A stretch of 63,325 nucleotides of DNA, counting the filler, from Choristocarpus tenellus KU-1152 (Eukaryota; Protista; Phaeophyceae): the NCBI GenBank assembly GCA_964200185.2. It is 11 parts of 11 records of this genome, joined end to end, with 100 filler letters (N's around TTAATTAATTAA, not from the genome) between each part and the next. Parts side by side here need not be neighbours in the genome. Positions count along the whole stretch, not along the records: positions 18,933 to 31,141 come from CAXNAD020001923.1; positions 31,242 to 35,782 come from CAXNAD020014090.1; 9 more parts are not named here. One strand, written 5' to 3'. The notes under the pieces were generated by a model, which worked only from the letters and a program-made list of their open reading frames with translations, was not told where the DNA came from and ran no database searches. Shown here piece after piece: positions 23,863 to 35,882 of this stretch. The number at the start of each line of letters is the position of its first letter. Within the stretch, counting starts at the first letter, position 1. Made by a program: the position numbers and the translations under genes.

Positions 23863-26093
23863 ATGCCCGCTCGCCGGATAAGGGTGTGCTTATTCTTGGT
23901 GGCATCACTCATTGCTGCCGTTGGTCTACCGTGGGCATCAGGTTTCCATCAGGCGTTCCCACTTCGGCGTCGGAGTTGGACCTTGCCCACTAGGACATCC
24001 AAGAAGCCCCTTCGGATCAAGCGCGAGGATCTCCCAGAGGAGACAAGGAGACAACTGGCGGAAGTTGACAAGAACATCAGAGAGCTCGAAGCCGAGTACT
24101 GGCGTTCCCTTGACAAACAGGAGTTGAAGATTGCAAGGAAGAATGCGTCAGGGTACGAGTTTCTCAAGATGGGGCAACTGGAGCAAGCAGTGGAGGACTA
24201 CGAGTTCGCCAGGGATTGCAGGTTCGAGTATAAAGATACGGTGCCCGTGCTTTATTTCCTCTCTTCTTGTCCTTATGTGGGGTTGAAAATTCGGGGTTGA
24301 TTTGGTAGTTATGGGCTGACCACAATTCCAAGCCTTTCGAGTAGAGATGCCATACTGTATCACAGGTGGGGGAACGATCGTTTAACTCCTTCCCCCTTTC
24401 GGCCGCCCCAATCATTAATGGCCTATTCTCTGGGCATTTTTCAAGGTGACGATTTTTAGTTTTTCATGTAACAAGTTCCATATATGACCACCATCGAGTG
24501 CCTTATCGTCGTCCCCCAAACATTGGTGACTTCCTCCAGAACTTGTGTCAGCCCATCACTCCTCTCCCTCCAAAACCAGCGAAAAAGTAAGATACACGTG
24601 GCCGCTGGGATTGGGGCTCTTCTACCTCGAGCGGTACTCGGATGTGGTAAACCAGCTGGAAAGCGATATCACCTATTTTGAGGGAAAATTCGGAGACAGC
24701 GCAACTGATGAGCGCATTTTTAGGGCGGCATCGCTGATGCACTTAGCAAGGTTGAAGGGGGAACCGTTGGAAGGTGTGGCGGAGTCCATACAACCACTTG
24801 AAATCAAGGAGCCCACATTTCTACGGAGGACTGTACATGAGGTGGGTATTGTTGAAACGAAAATGGCACCAACTTAGGACACCTTGCTTACATCGAACGA
24901 GGAAGAGTGAGATAGTTGAGGTGCTCCTGGAATAGTCATCGTGTTATTTGAGTATTTATGGAAGAATGTGGAGATAGAGGGGAAGGACTGATTTCGTCAC
25001 GAGGTTAAAAGCTATGCGTTCTATTCTGTGTTGAATGCTGCCATTGTGCCTGTAAGTGCAAGTGAGTTGGAGGTATGAAATATGAGGTTGGTCTTGAGAA
25101 TATTAGTACAACTTAGGCACAATCTGAGATAATACCCAACTTCAAGTCTTCTATGAATCAGAGATAACGGCTATAATAATATAAGAAATACACACATTGC
25201 AGACGCGATAATCCTATCACTTCCATGTAGTCAGTACCTGTCTACATCACAAAGAGGATGTCTCACAACCCAACTGGTAGATACCAGTGGTGAGCAACCA
25301 GAAGAATGAATTGCTTGTAGATTCCTGCTTATACTTCTTGTAGAGTTAACATAGTATGGGTGCTTATAAATATTATCGCATGCTGGTTTGATTATTGCAG
25401 CTTTTCCGGGGTCAAGCATCAGCACAGGATGTTGAGGCTGTTATCAGTGGTGAAGAAGGCAAATCCTTTGACTACCTTGGCACACGCTTCTATGGACAGT
25501 TCTTCCTAGGCCTGTGGTATGATGCCTGTGGAGAAGAGGTAGACCTTTTGGGGGGAGTTCAGCTGAGGGGGGAGCCTTAAATTGCTAGTGAAGAGGGTTT
25601 CTGGGTTGCACATTTTTGAAGGGGACAATCATTTTTCCAGTAATTTGTGTGTGGTGAGGGAAAAGATGGGAGCAAATTGCTTGTATGGCACTTTAAAGGA
25701 AGGGTAATTACATAGGAACTGTGCAGCAATACTGGTACATCCACTCGAATCATGCACATACGCGATACATACGAAAGTTGAAGCAAAACAAGAATAAGTG
25801 TTTTGTGTGTTTATGTATGGACTTATCATGAGCAGGTATATGCTTGAAATTTAAACAAATAGAGGCGTTGAACTTCATTCACATGAGTGCACACACAGTC
25901 ACACACCAACCACCCCCCCTCCTGGCCTGTGCAATGAAACCAAGCCCCACCTGTCATCATTCCTCTGTAACCTGCCCAGGTCAAGGCAAGGGATTACATT
26001 CAAGCAGCTTGCAGGAGTACATATGCTACCCCAGATGACCTTTGGCATCACATACCCAAGATTCATGCACGATCTCGTGGATGGTCTTTCTAG
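23863..26093 (+). CDS. Plastid-targeted TPR protein (NlpI-like)
   Basis: Exons 23863-24221, 24580-24841, 25401-25538, 25980-26093, phase-consistent. Signal peptide followed by ASG|FHQ. Motifs GYEFLKMGQLEQAVEDY, WPLGLGLFYLERY, FYGQFFLGLWYDACG and C-terminal KIHARSRGW. Confidence 0.82.
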
Positions 26094-29000
26094 TTAGAAG
26101 GTGGCTGTAGTTACCCCACCTTCAATCTATTGCTCGGGCTGTTGGTGACCCCCAAACCAGAGCTATGCCTGTATCTCACACTCAATAAGGGCAGACATGA
26201 TAAGATTTTGGTTTTGAATTGAAAAAGTGATTTGATGCGGTCTTTGGTTTGCTCTGCACCACAGTGTGCTTTATCTCCCAAAGAATTTGTCTGACTAGGA
26301 GAACAAACTGCTTCATTCTAGTCTGCATTTCCACCCTCATAAATTTGTGCTTTGTGCTGATGACATGCTACATTGCACAACCATACCGTGGGATCAGCCA
26401 CTGCTGCCTATTTTGATGATGTGTGAATGTGCTGGAGGTGGGTTCTGAGTGCGCTCAGACAAGTGTTTTTGTTGCTTGGGAGTCAATTGCATCATGGAGG
26501 TTCCAGTGGTGCACTGTCATCAGATCCATGGCTGACACCTGGTTACATGAACACTATTGTACCTAGATTAACATACTAGTATTTATCTAACATGATATAG
26601 ACATCATAGCAACATCCTGAGGTGAGTTCACTGGCTTCCAAAAACCCTCTACTGTATCAATTCGGTCCTAAATTTCGCGTGCTCTGGTGAGACATTTGTT
26701 TGGCCGTCTAAGATGGCAGGTGACCTGGATTACTTGTGTGATGCCTTTGAGAAAACATACACCTGTCATTTTTGATGAAATTATGCTATCTGCCGCTCAC
26801 CATTCTGAGTTCAAGCAAGGAATTAGAGGCATGGCTTTACGTGGATTGGGGTGACCATGAACGTCTACACTTGTTGAGAATTCTCTTGATGAAGGTTCTG
26901 AACGTTTCCCTACTTAAAGAGCTTCCTCATTGCCCAGAGCAAGTTGCCCTACTTGATCACACAAAAGGAATGATGTCGTGCCTCAAGAAACGACTCACTC
27001 CACAGACATCTTTTGCAACAGTTATTCTATGCAATATGTTTCCCTATTAACATAGTGCTAAGCCTCTACAACAACAGATATATTGATGTTCTTTGATATA
27101 TGACAGAAGACCACTCTACTGTACTATACATCCCTTTAGGCAAAGAGGATGAGGACATCTCATAAAATAGTTTTTGTGGTTTTACCCAAGGAGTTATGTA
27201 ACTGAGAGTGGGCTACTGCTGAGTTTGAAAGGACTCCTTGACTTTCTGGTAGCAAGTGTTTTCGGAGCACAGTCCAAAGATGTGGAATGCATTTCGGTTG
27301 TATTGTGAGTACATACAGTTTGCATAAACAACTCATCCTTATCAATACCCTTTTTGAAATATCAAGATCTCTATCGAGACAGCCGAAAACCTCCTTTCGG
27401 TCAAAATGGCCAAAGACGTACCTCCCTGGGTCACTTTTACTCAAGTGTAATGTGTCTTCTGCTGTAGCACAGCACCCTGATACTGGTTGTATAACACAGA
27501 AAGAGTACTTTGAGAAACTTGACATTATTAGATGAAAAAACAGGGAGATGTACAGCTGAATGGCAGAGAAGCCATTGAGATAAGCCTCCTAGGTCGCTGA
27601 TATAAACAAACGGTAATCCGCACAATACCTTCTCTGCATGACAATTCCGTAACAGTGTTCAACAGGTGTATGTGAAATTTTACTGTGAGAAAACAACCTA
27701 TCTCACATGGCTGGCATGAGAACATGGATTAATACTGCAGCCTCCAATAGTTGAGGGATAGACTGTTTACTACGTAGGATATCCAACTCTGCACACTATT
27801 TGATGTGATACTTGCTGGACAAAACTTCTTGCTTAGTGAGGTGGTATTTATGTGGAAGGCAACAGTGCCAAGGCATGTGGTGAGCAGTCCTGACGGAGAA
27901 GTACTGCACCACGGGGTATGATAGGAAGCATTCATAATGGAATCAGCAGTCTTTGCTGCGCTGATCTTGACAGTGAATGCTACACCTGTTGTTTTAGTTT
28001 AGTGCTTCTGTTTATACGACTGATTAGGATTGATTGAGTCACCTGACATGTGCATGACATGCAACAAAAGTGACCCGGCTCGTGAAGCAGCCAGTCCACT
28101 TCTATATGTTTGGAAATAGAATATGGAGGTATCTTGGTGTGCTGTGGTGCTGCCTCTGCAGCCTAAGGTCCGTTCGCTCGCATTCTACTCCCCCCCCCCC
28201 AACAATGTATCTATCCTGAAAGTTCCTGACAACTCTCTATCTAGTGATGCAGATCACCATATCATGCTCCAGTCACGTCCTTCACAAGAAGTTGGTGTGT
28301 CCGGGGCCATTCCCATCGTCATGTCCTTTTTGAGGCTGCGTCATCTGCCCAGCTCTGTGCAGAATTCTGCCAAGCCTTGGACACACTCCCCTACCATAAT
28401 GAAGCAAGAGCTGGGGAAAAGTGAGTGTAATGTATGTATCTATTTCTGCCCCCAAATGCATCCGCATTGATGATGCCTGCTCTATTTACAATCTTCACCT
28501 CGTAAATTGTGTCCTCAGACCTCCATTAATGAGTCAAAGTAAATGAGAGGTACCCAGAGTTGCATCTTGAGAATGCTGACAAGTATGAGCAAATTTCGGC
28601 TTTTTATTAGAAATGTGTGTAGGATTTTTATTTGTTCTCTCCAAGAGTCCTAAACAGTAGAGAAATCAGTGCTCTCATGTCAAACTTAGCTCTTCATCCA
28701 TAGAAATATGGATGAATTGCAATAGATTGAAAAACTGACTTAAAATGAAAAACGGTCAAAACCTGGGTACCCCCCGTTTACTTTCGCTCAATAGGTGAGG
28801 ACAGCGGATTGTCTATTGAAACGACCACACAGTAAAGTACTCATTAGAATGAGAATGGGGGGTCTAGTCGTTGGAATCAACCAGAGAGGGCCATACCACA
28901 GTTTTGACATGATCGGTTTTCAAGTAGAAACAAGAGAAAAACATTGTGCTGTTTGTGGATGAGCTATCCTATCTTAGAGGGGAATGTCATTGAGTATTTG

Positions 29001-29218
29001 GCACCCCTTTCACTCCCTTCTCGTACGTGAGCTTTTAACACTCTCAAAGGGTATTTCGTGTGTATGTGGACGGACATTCTCTCCCCTTATACAGCCACAG
29101 CCTGCTATTAGCGGAAGCTATTTGCATTTCGGCAGATGAGATTTTGATGCAAGGCAGAAGGTGAAAAATATTGGGCTAAGGAGATCCCCCTCCAAGGTAG
29201 GATTGCTCAAACAGTGAT

Positions 29219-29476
29219 GAGTGAAAGTATCTTAGAGGGAACGAGTTTTGCCCTGTTTGTCCATTTGGGGCTTGGCTTCCCTCAGGGTTTTTATGACATT
29301 TTCGTAGTCCAAAATATTTCGGAGTAGGTATAATTTGTATATTACGAAACGGTGTGTTTGGAACAAGGATGTTGACACTTCCTAACAAACACGATAGCCA
29401 AATTTACATTGAAATTGCAACACTGTATTTTGGCCCCCAAATGGACGTGGCTCTACCCTCTAAGATACTTTGGCTC
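29219..29476. mobile_element. MITE family A copy, 4-bp TSD TGAT
   Basis: TGAT|GAGTGAAAGTATCTTAGAGGG ... CCCTCTAAGATACTTTGGCTC|TGAT. Confidence 0.93.
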
Positions 29477-30182
29477 TGATAATTTCTTCAAACAAATAAC
29501 CAGTACACGGCCTGCAGTACTGGCGAGTACACAGCGAAGGAGGATGAGACAGAATCAAGAACCAAGATACTCCCAAAATATTAAGCTGCAAGTACAAATA
29601 AAATCCGACCAAACTTTCAACAGTCAAACCAAGATTAACACAACAGTAATGATAGCATAGTAATAGTAAACAAAACAATCATAGTTTAGGGGTATGAAAC
29701 ATTGCACAAATGGCAACATTTGTATTAATATTAATAGGATAGTATCCTATGTCACATTCAGTCAACATGATGCACTAGCCTTCATCCCATCCCCGACTCC
29801 CTCAACCTTGGCATCACTCCAGAGTGTAGCCAAAATGGTTACGCACAATTGGGTTGGCTGCTATTCAACTGTTTGTTGTACTTACCTGATAAAGTTGACT
29901 GCCAAAAGTTAGATTGTATTGGTCATGCTCTGATTATTGTACGAAGCACTTGGAATTAGCCATACTTGTACAGGTTAAGCATAGTAACCTGTTTGAGTAC
30001 AAATACTTCGAAGCAAAAAAAGAGGGGGAAACTAAAGAGCAACTCATTCTTGAGACACAAATCACTTCCTTTGCATCTGTGCACTTAAGTGCCATTACTC
30101 AAAAGCTGAATTTTCGTCTTGAAAAAATCAGATGTGCTGCACACTAAAGAGCAAGCAAGCACACAGTAACGTAACTACACGT

Positions 30183-30205
30183 GGCTCAAAGTATCTGGGG
30201 GGGTC
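30183..30205. mobile_element. Truncated family B terminus (another at 31064-31141)
   Basis: GGCTCAAAGTATCTGGGGGGG; at 31064, GGGTCAAAGTATCTGTG(G)n. Confidence 0.6.
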
Positions 30206-31241
30206 AACCACTACTCCTGATACCATTTTCTGGTAGTAATGTGAGTTGAATGTGGTGTCAGGAAGAGGGGGGAGGAGGTATTGGAAAAGCAAGAGGAGAA
30301 TGACACAGAGCCAAGTCTAAAGGCCAACATCAGATCGTGGATATAGGGCTGATTTGAGGGTTCACACTTACCCATTGAGGTCATGAGGTCATGTCTTGCA
30401 TTGCTTGGCCTCATTTCGTCCCATCCACATGTTATCCCTACACTTACCCTCTAGCGAAACTCGTACTGTGCACAACTTTTTGTCGACCTGTGATCGTGTA
30501 TGAACTTGCCATTGAGCTTGGCGAGTTCAAGCCATATGATAACGAGTGGATATCACCATAGAGGAGTCTAATTGACCTTCCTCTCCTCGGGTCTTGCCAA
30601 AGGAGCCACATTGGACCTGGGTGCCTAGACCAACACTGTCCTTTATTGTCCAGTTGTCGCCTTAAGACAGTCTGGTGGATGGAAGATCACTGCATCTCAT
30701 ATTGAAGCAATTCAGGTGGAAGGTAATTCCACTGAGTCAGTGGGCTGAATGTAGCTCCAGTTGTGAAGTGTCTTCCAACCATCAGCTCCTATATCCAAAA
30801 TAAAGGTCTGTTTTGCACCCTTATTGTGTTCAACGGTTCTCACATTTTGGATTGAGAAGACGTCATTGAGAAACAGTGATGTTAGATCCTCTGCAAACCC
30901 TAATATTCCAAGGACTACCCAGGTGACCCACCTCCCTTAATCCCTTAAACCAATTCCGTCACAAGTTCGGTGCAGCAGCAAGGTACCATGACTTCGTTCG
31001 AACTCGCCAAATGCTGCTGTTGTGGTCATGAATATACGTTTCTGATCAGATGTCCTCTCTCAAGGGTCAAAGTATCTGTGGGGGGGGGGGGGGGGCCGGG
31101 CCCCTGTTTTTTCCTTTTTTTTTTCCTTTTTTTGGGTTTTTNNNNNNNNNNNNNNNNNNNNNNNNNNNNNNNNNNNNNNNNNNNNTTAATTAATTAANNN
31201 NNNNNNNNNNNNNNNNNNNNNNNNNNNNNNNNNNNNNNNNN

Positions 31242-33762
31242 CATCAAGTCTTTCCTCCCTCCACCCATCCCCCCCCTCCCCACCCCCCCCCCCCCCCCCC
31301 CCCCCTTGGTCTTCACCCTTCTCCCCCCCCCCCCCCCCCCCCCCCCCCCCTTCCTCCTCCTCCCCACCATCTTCGCTATCAGAATAACCGCTCTCCCCAC
31401 TGCTGCTACCAACCCCCTTGACATCCCCCTCCATCTCACCTCCCACACCACCTCTTGTACCAGCAAGGTGAAGCGAACTCTCAAGGCCAACGCCTCCCTC
31501 ATAGTAGTTCTTCAATCGAGCAGCAAAGGAGATGAAGTCCATCAAACCTACCCAGAGCACCAACATATGGAAGGGCCCATCACATCACCACAAAAGACAA
31601 AAAGTGAAAAGCCATTCATGCTAAAAAAGAAAGAAAAAGAAATCGAGATAAAAAGGTTGGGGTGATGCAACCATTCTCACAACAGTGTAAGAAACTTCTC
31701 TTCAATCTCTGTTTTTATTCTTTACATCCTCCACATCTCACACACACCAACACACAGGCAAAAACCTAGTAGGCGTCAGGGGGGGGGCGAGAACCCCCAA
31801 AACACCAGATAATTCATGTGGGAGGGGGATGTATCAAACTCATCATATTTATTCCTACCTTGTCATCCCAATTTCCCAATACCTACAAATGGGTGTTAGC
31901 TTAAAAAAGACTGTGATGTTGCACAACAACGCCACCAACACAACAACTCCACTACAAAGAGAGTGCTAAATGTCCTCTTCCTCTCTCCCACCTTCTCCCC
32001 CCCATCATCCCTCCTCCCCCTTTCTTTTCTCCAGGTTGGAAATCCTTCCACTAACTGCATGGATGTTGAAGTTGTTTCACCCCAAAAATCTCACTCCAAA
32101 TCACCCCCCCTCCCCCCCCCCAACTCTCCCTTCGGGACATACCAATAATAAATTATACATGCATCCTTGATAAGACTAACCCCTTCCAAGCCTTGACCTA
32201 TCGGTTGAGTAGACCCACAAATCTCTACAAAACCCCAACCACAATGACATTTTACACCCCCCACATAAACAAAAGAATTCTAAACTTCACAACACCAAAA
32301 TTATTGTTCTGATTGATCACGCACCTGTCCAAGTGCAAGCAAGCAACAACTAAGAGGGGAAGAGAGGCACAGTTATGCTAACCCCAACCCTAACCCTAAC
32401 CCGCCATTACTCCCTTCTCGCCAAGGCCCTCCATCCACAAAGGCACATCCTTCCCAGTGAAACAACTAAAACAGGGGTTGGTTTCGGTCTACTGTACCTT
32501 ATCGCAATATGCAAGAAAAAACCTTGATATTTGGATTGTACCCTAAAAACGTCAGAAATAAATTTCACACACTGTACCCTTACATCATCCTGTCAACCTC
32601 CTATTTTCCAGTCGAGAGCATGTGGTATTTCCTGGATCCGATCAGCAGCAGCCCATCCTAAAAATAATAAAAATAATCTGGGCGTTTTCTACTACCCTTT
32701 CCACCCTAACTCTTTTTCCCCACCTTTCCAAAAACTGCACATCAATTTATTAACCCTAGTCAGTCCTCCATTAAAAAAAAAAAAACTCACCAATTTTTCC
32801 ATCGCCATCAATATCAACAGCCATGATGCACGCCTCAATCTCCCTCTCCTGAGCAAAGTCGTCCTGCTCGTCAGCATAGTTCTCAAGTGCTGTTCCATCG
32901 ATGAACTCACTTCCCCTCTGAAAAAAAAACAAAAACAAAAATCACAATGGACAACATCAGAGGGCAGGTTAGGCAGAGAGGGGAGGAAAAAGAATAGAAA
33001 AAAATTGCAGCAGCGGTGGTGCTTTCATCACTATCACTCACAAATCACTCACAAATCACTCACAAATACTACTACTGCTACTATTACTACTATCACTAGT
33101 ACTATTACTACTACTACTATTACTACTATCACTAGTACTACTAATACTACTATTACGACTAATACTGGTGTAGGTGTTGGTTGGGGACACGAAACTCCCA
33201 GCCTCTATGGAGTTGCAAGGCCGGACAAGATGTAACTGTAAACAACAAAGAACAAAAAAAAAAGGTTGCCACTCCGGGTATATGACCCCGACTGCTCACG
33301 CATATGCTGTGCCACATAGGGTGGATGGACAACTGGGTTCAGAATCTAGAATGTGTGACTAGAATGTGTGATGCAATCAGTGTGACCTCGGTGTGCAAGG
33401 TACAGAGAGAGTCAAAATCCAATTACAGTGGCATCAGAGTTCATTGCAAGCACCGTTTCTTTGTGGCAGGTCTTAGGGTTAGGGAATAAGTCAGCACAAC
33501 CAATACACAATTTGTAGGGTGTTGGGGGGGTTATGCACCCGCTCTTACCCCAACTCTACAACCAAAAATCAATACTACGTGGCACTACGTGGCACTACAT
33601 AGCACACAGTACACGGTGTACCAATGGTTCATTGGTGCGACCATACAAACAGGAAACAGAGATGGGGTTGGAAACATAGACATCATCCAGACAATCACAC
33701 ACACACACACACACACACAGAGAGAGAGATGGGGTTGGAAACATTGACATCATCCAGACAAT

Positions 33763-33807
<45 letters not shown>

Positions 33808-35327
33808 GAAACATTTTATTATTTTACGATCAACGGTACAGTTTTTTCGCCAGGGGTGTCCAGAACCCTCATTGTGGTTCAGTTCACCAACCAGAGTGCT
33901 ATATAGAGATTATTCTGGGTTTTTCACCGGACTGGTGAAATGCAATGGTTCCATCCACCGGTCGGACCAGTCCCACAATAATCTGGCATGTACTGGTCCA
34001 TCTCCGCCAGCTGGACCAGGTCCAGCATTCACCAACACATTCGAACCATGTCCAGTGGGCATTGTACCTGTCTTTGACTGCCAGTCAGACCAGGTCCAAC
34101 GTTCACTAACATGTCCATACCGTGCCCACTAGTCATTGTCTGCCGACTGGACCAGGTGCAACATTCACTAACCCATCCAAACCATGTTGTCCACTAGGAT
34201 TGTACCAGTTTAGGTCCTCCGGTTGGACCAGGTCCAACACTCTTCAACATATCCGAACCAGGTCCACTGGTCGGTCGAACTTATTTTCTGACATGTCCAG
34301 ACCACGTCCACTACACGTTGTATTAGTTCAACCTATCCAATTTGATCAATCAGAGGCCATCTTTACCTCCAACAACAACAACAACAAAAATGTCTCAAAA
34401 GGAACAAAAGGCAAAAATTATTCCTCAAAAGAGTAAAATAAAATAAAATAATATATATATATATATACAATTTTTTTTCAGTCCAACTTAGAGCACATCA
34501 ATCAAAACCAAACAATTTCTGTCTGCCCACCCACCCATCCATCCATCTGTATGTTGCCAGTACCGGCTCTCTCACATACAATGCCAACAACGCCTCCTGA
34601 GTCATAAACCAAGTGATTCCTGTGCCTGTACATAACCAGTACCATCTCTCTCCCTCGCACTCAAACATAAAATACTTAATAAAAAAATACAAAACTCACC
34701 AGCTTCATGTGTTCGAGCCCCTCTCATAACCCTAACCCTAACTGTACAACACCGACCAATCCCTGCTGTTACAAGCTTAATGGGCTCTGCAGAGCAGTTT
34801 TCTCACTTACCAACTCATTTAGACTAGTAGTACTATTTTTTACTCCTGATGGACATCTCTACAAAAACCTGCTACACCTTACCCTCCCCTCTTCACCTCA
34901 CCACTACTACAACCTCTTGCAACTGTGTGTTCCACCTCAGAGGACCTTCAACTTCTAACAAAGACCCCATCCTTGAAACCATCGCCTGACAGGTGTAGTA
35001 TTGTTGCAGCAACATTCACCAACATATCAAACTAATTCAACAGCGTGTTCGTTGATAGAACTCATTTCGTACATACATAATAATAAATATATACATACAT
35101 AATACATGCATTTATATATAATAAAACACCATAATCCTTCTTCAACTGAGTGGGTGGGGGGGGAATGAATTCACCACTCTCATGCACTAAAGCGGTGCAG
35201 CTCTCTTCTCCAACACATTGAGGGTGGAGATGTCAAAATAGGTAAGGGGCAGGGGCTTTACCTGATCCATCAATGCAAACAGCAGTTTCAGTCCCAGGAT
35301 CTCAGCATGTGTGAAGGCACAGTCATC
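31242..35327 (-). CDS. Partial gene for an EF-hand (calcium-binding) protein with Gly/Glu-rich tail; start and stop not seen
   Basis: Exons 35327-35262 (DDCAFTHAEILGLKLLFALMDQ), 32917-32791 (RGSEFIDGTALENYADEQDDFAQEREIEACIMAVDIDGDGKI) and 31547 to the gap (GLMDFISFAARLKNYY...). GT-AG sites are phase-consistent. Canonical loop DIDGDGKIGLMDF. Confidence 0.8.
33046..33166 (+). repeat. CACTCACAAAT repeats plus imperfect (ACT)n microsatellite
   Basis: Directly visible; intronic. Confidence 0.9.
33657..33805 (+). repeat. Direct duplication of GAGATGGGGTTGGAAACAT(A/T)GACATCATCCAGACAATCA-(CA)n
   Basis: Two ~68-bp units, each ending in a (CA)n tract. Confidence 0.9.
33930..34315 (+). repeat. Degenerate ~60-80 bp tandem array with GGACCAGGTCCA core
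   Basis: Core GACCAGGT(C/G)CA at ~34014, 34088, 34149, 34225, 34257, most followed by ACATTCAC-like sequence. Confidence 0.7.
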
Positions 35328-35882
35328 CTGAAGACGAGACAAAAGCAAGGCTAAAGACTATTAGCACAACAGACGAGATTATCACACACTGAAAGGGATA
35401 CAAATCAATCCCTTCCATTCTTTTAGAAAACCAAACCAACCCCCTAACCCTAATCATTACAGTGCTCCTCTCGCAACAGTTACCATAGGTACAACAGTCT
35501 AACCAATAACATTCTAATCACTGTTACCACACTCTAATCATAATGACTTCTTTCTCAACACCATCCACCCTAACCCTAACATAAATCCATGGCTGCCATG
35601 AAGTAACTACAAACCAATGCTAGTCATCACTGACCTCAAACAACCAGAGCACAGGAAATGCATATACATTTTTACTCCAAGTCCCTCAAACAACAATTTT
35701 GCAATGCCCTCCCCCCCCCCCCCCCCCCCCCCCCCACCCCCCCCCCACAACCCCACACCAACCACCCCCCCCCCCCAACCACNNNNNNNNNNNNNNNNNN
35801 NNNNNNNNNNNNNNNNNNNNNNNNNNTTAATTAATTAANNNNNNNNNNNNNNNNNNNNNNNNNNNNNNNNNNNNNNNNNNNN

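Noticed and set aside
26355-26450. Possible box C/D snoRNA (TGATGA...TGATGA...CTGA)
   Set aside because: No terminal stem and no recognisable rRNA guide; such short motifs occur by chance.
26700-28000. Possible LINE remnant (also a possible DIRS RNase H remnant at ~30200-31050)
   Set aside because: Too decayed to show a diagnostic motif by eye.
33930-34315. CRISPR-like spacing of palindromic cores (also considered for 50176-51020 and the dispersed MITEs)
   Set aside because: Repeats are degenerate, intervening sequences resemble each other, there are no cas genes, and the context is eukaryotic.
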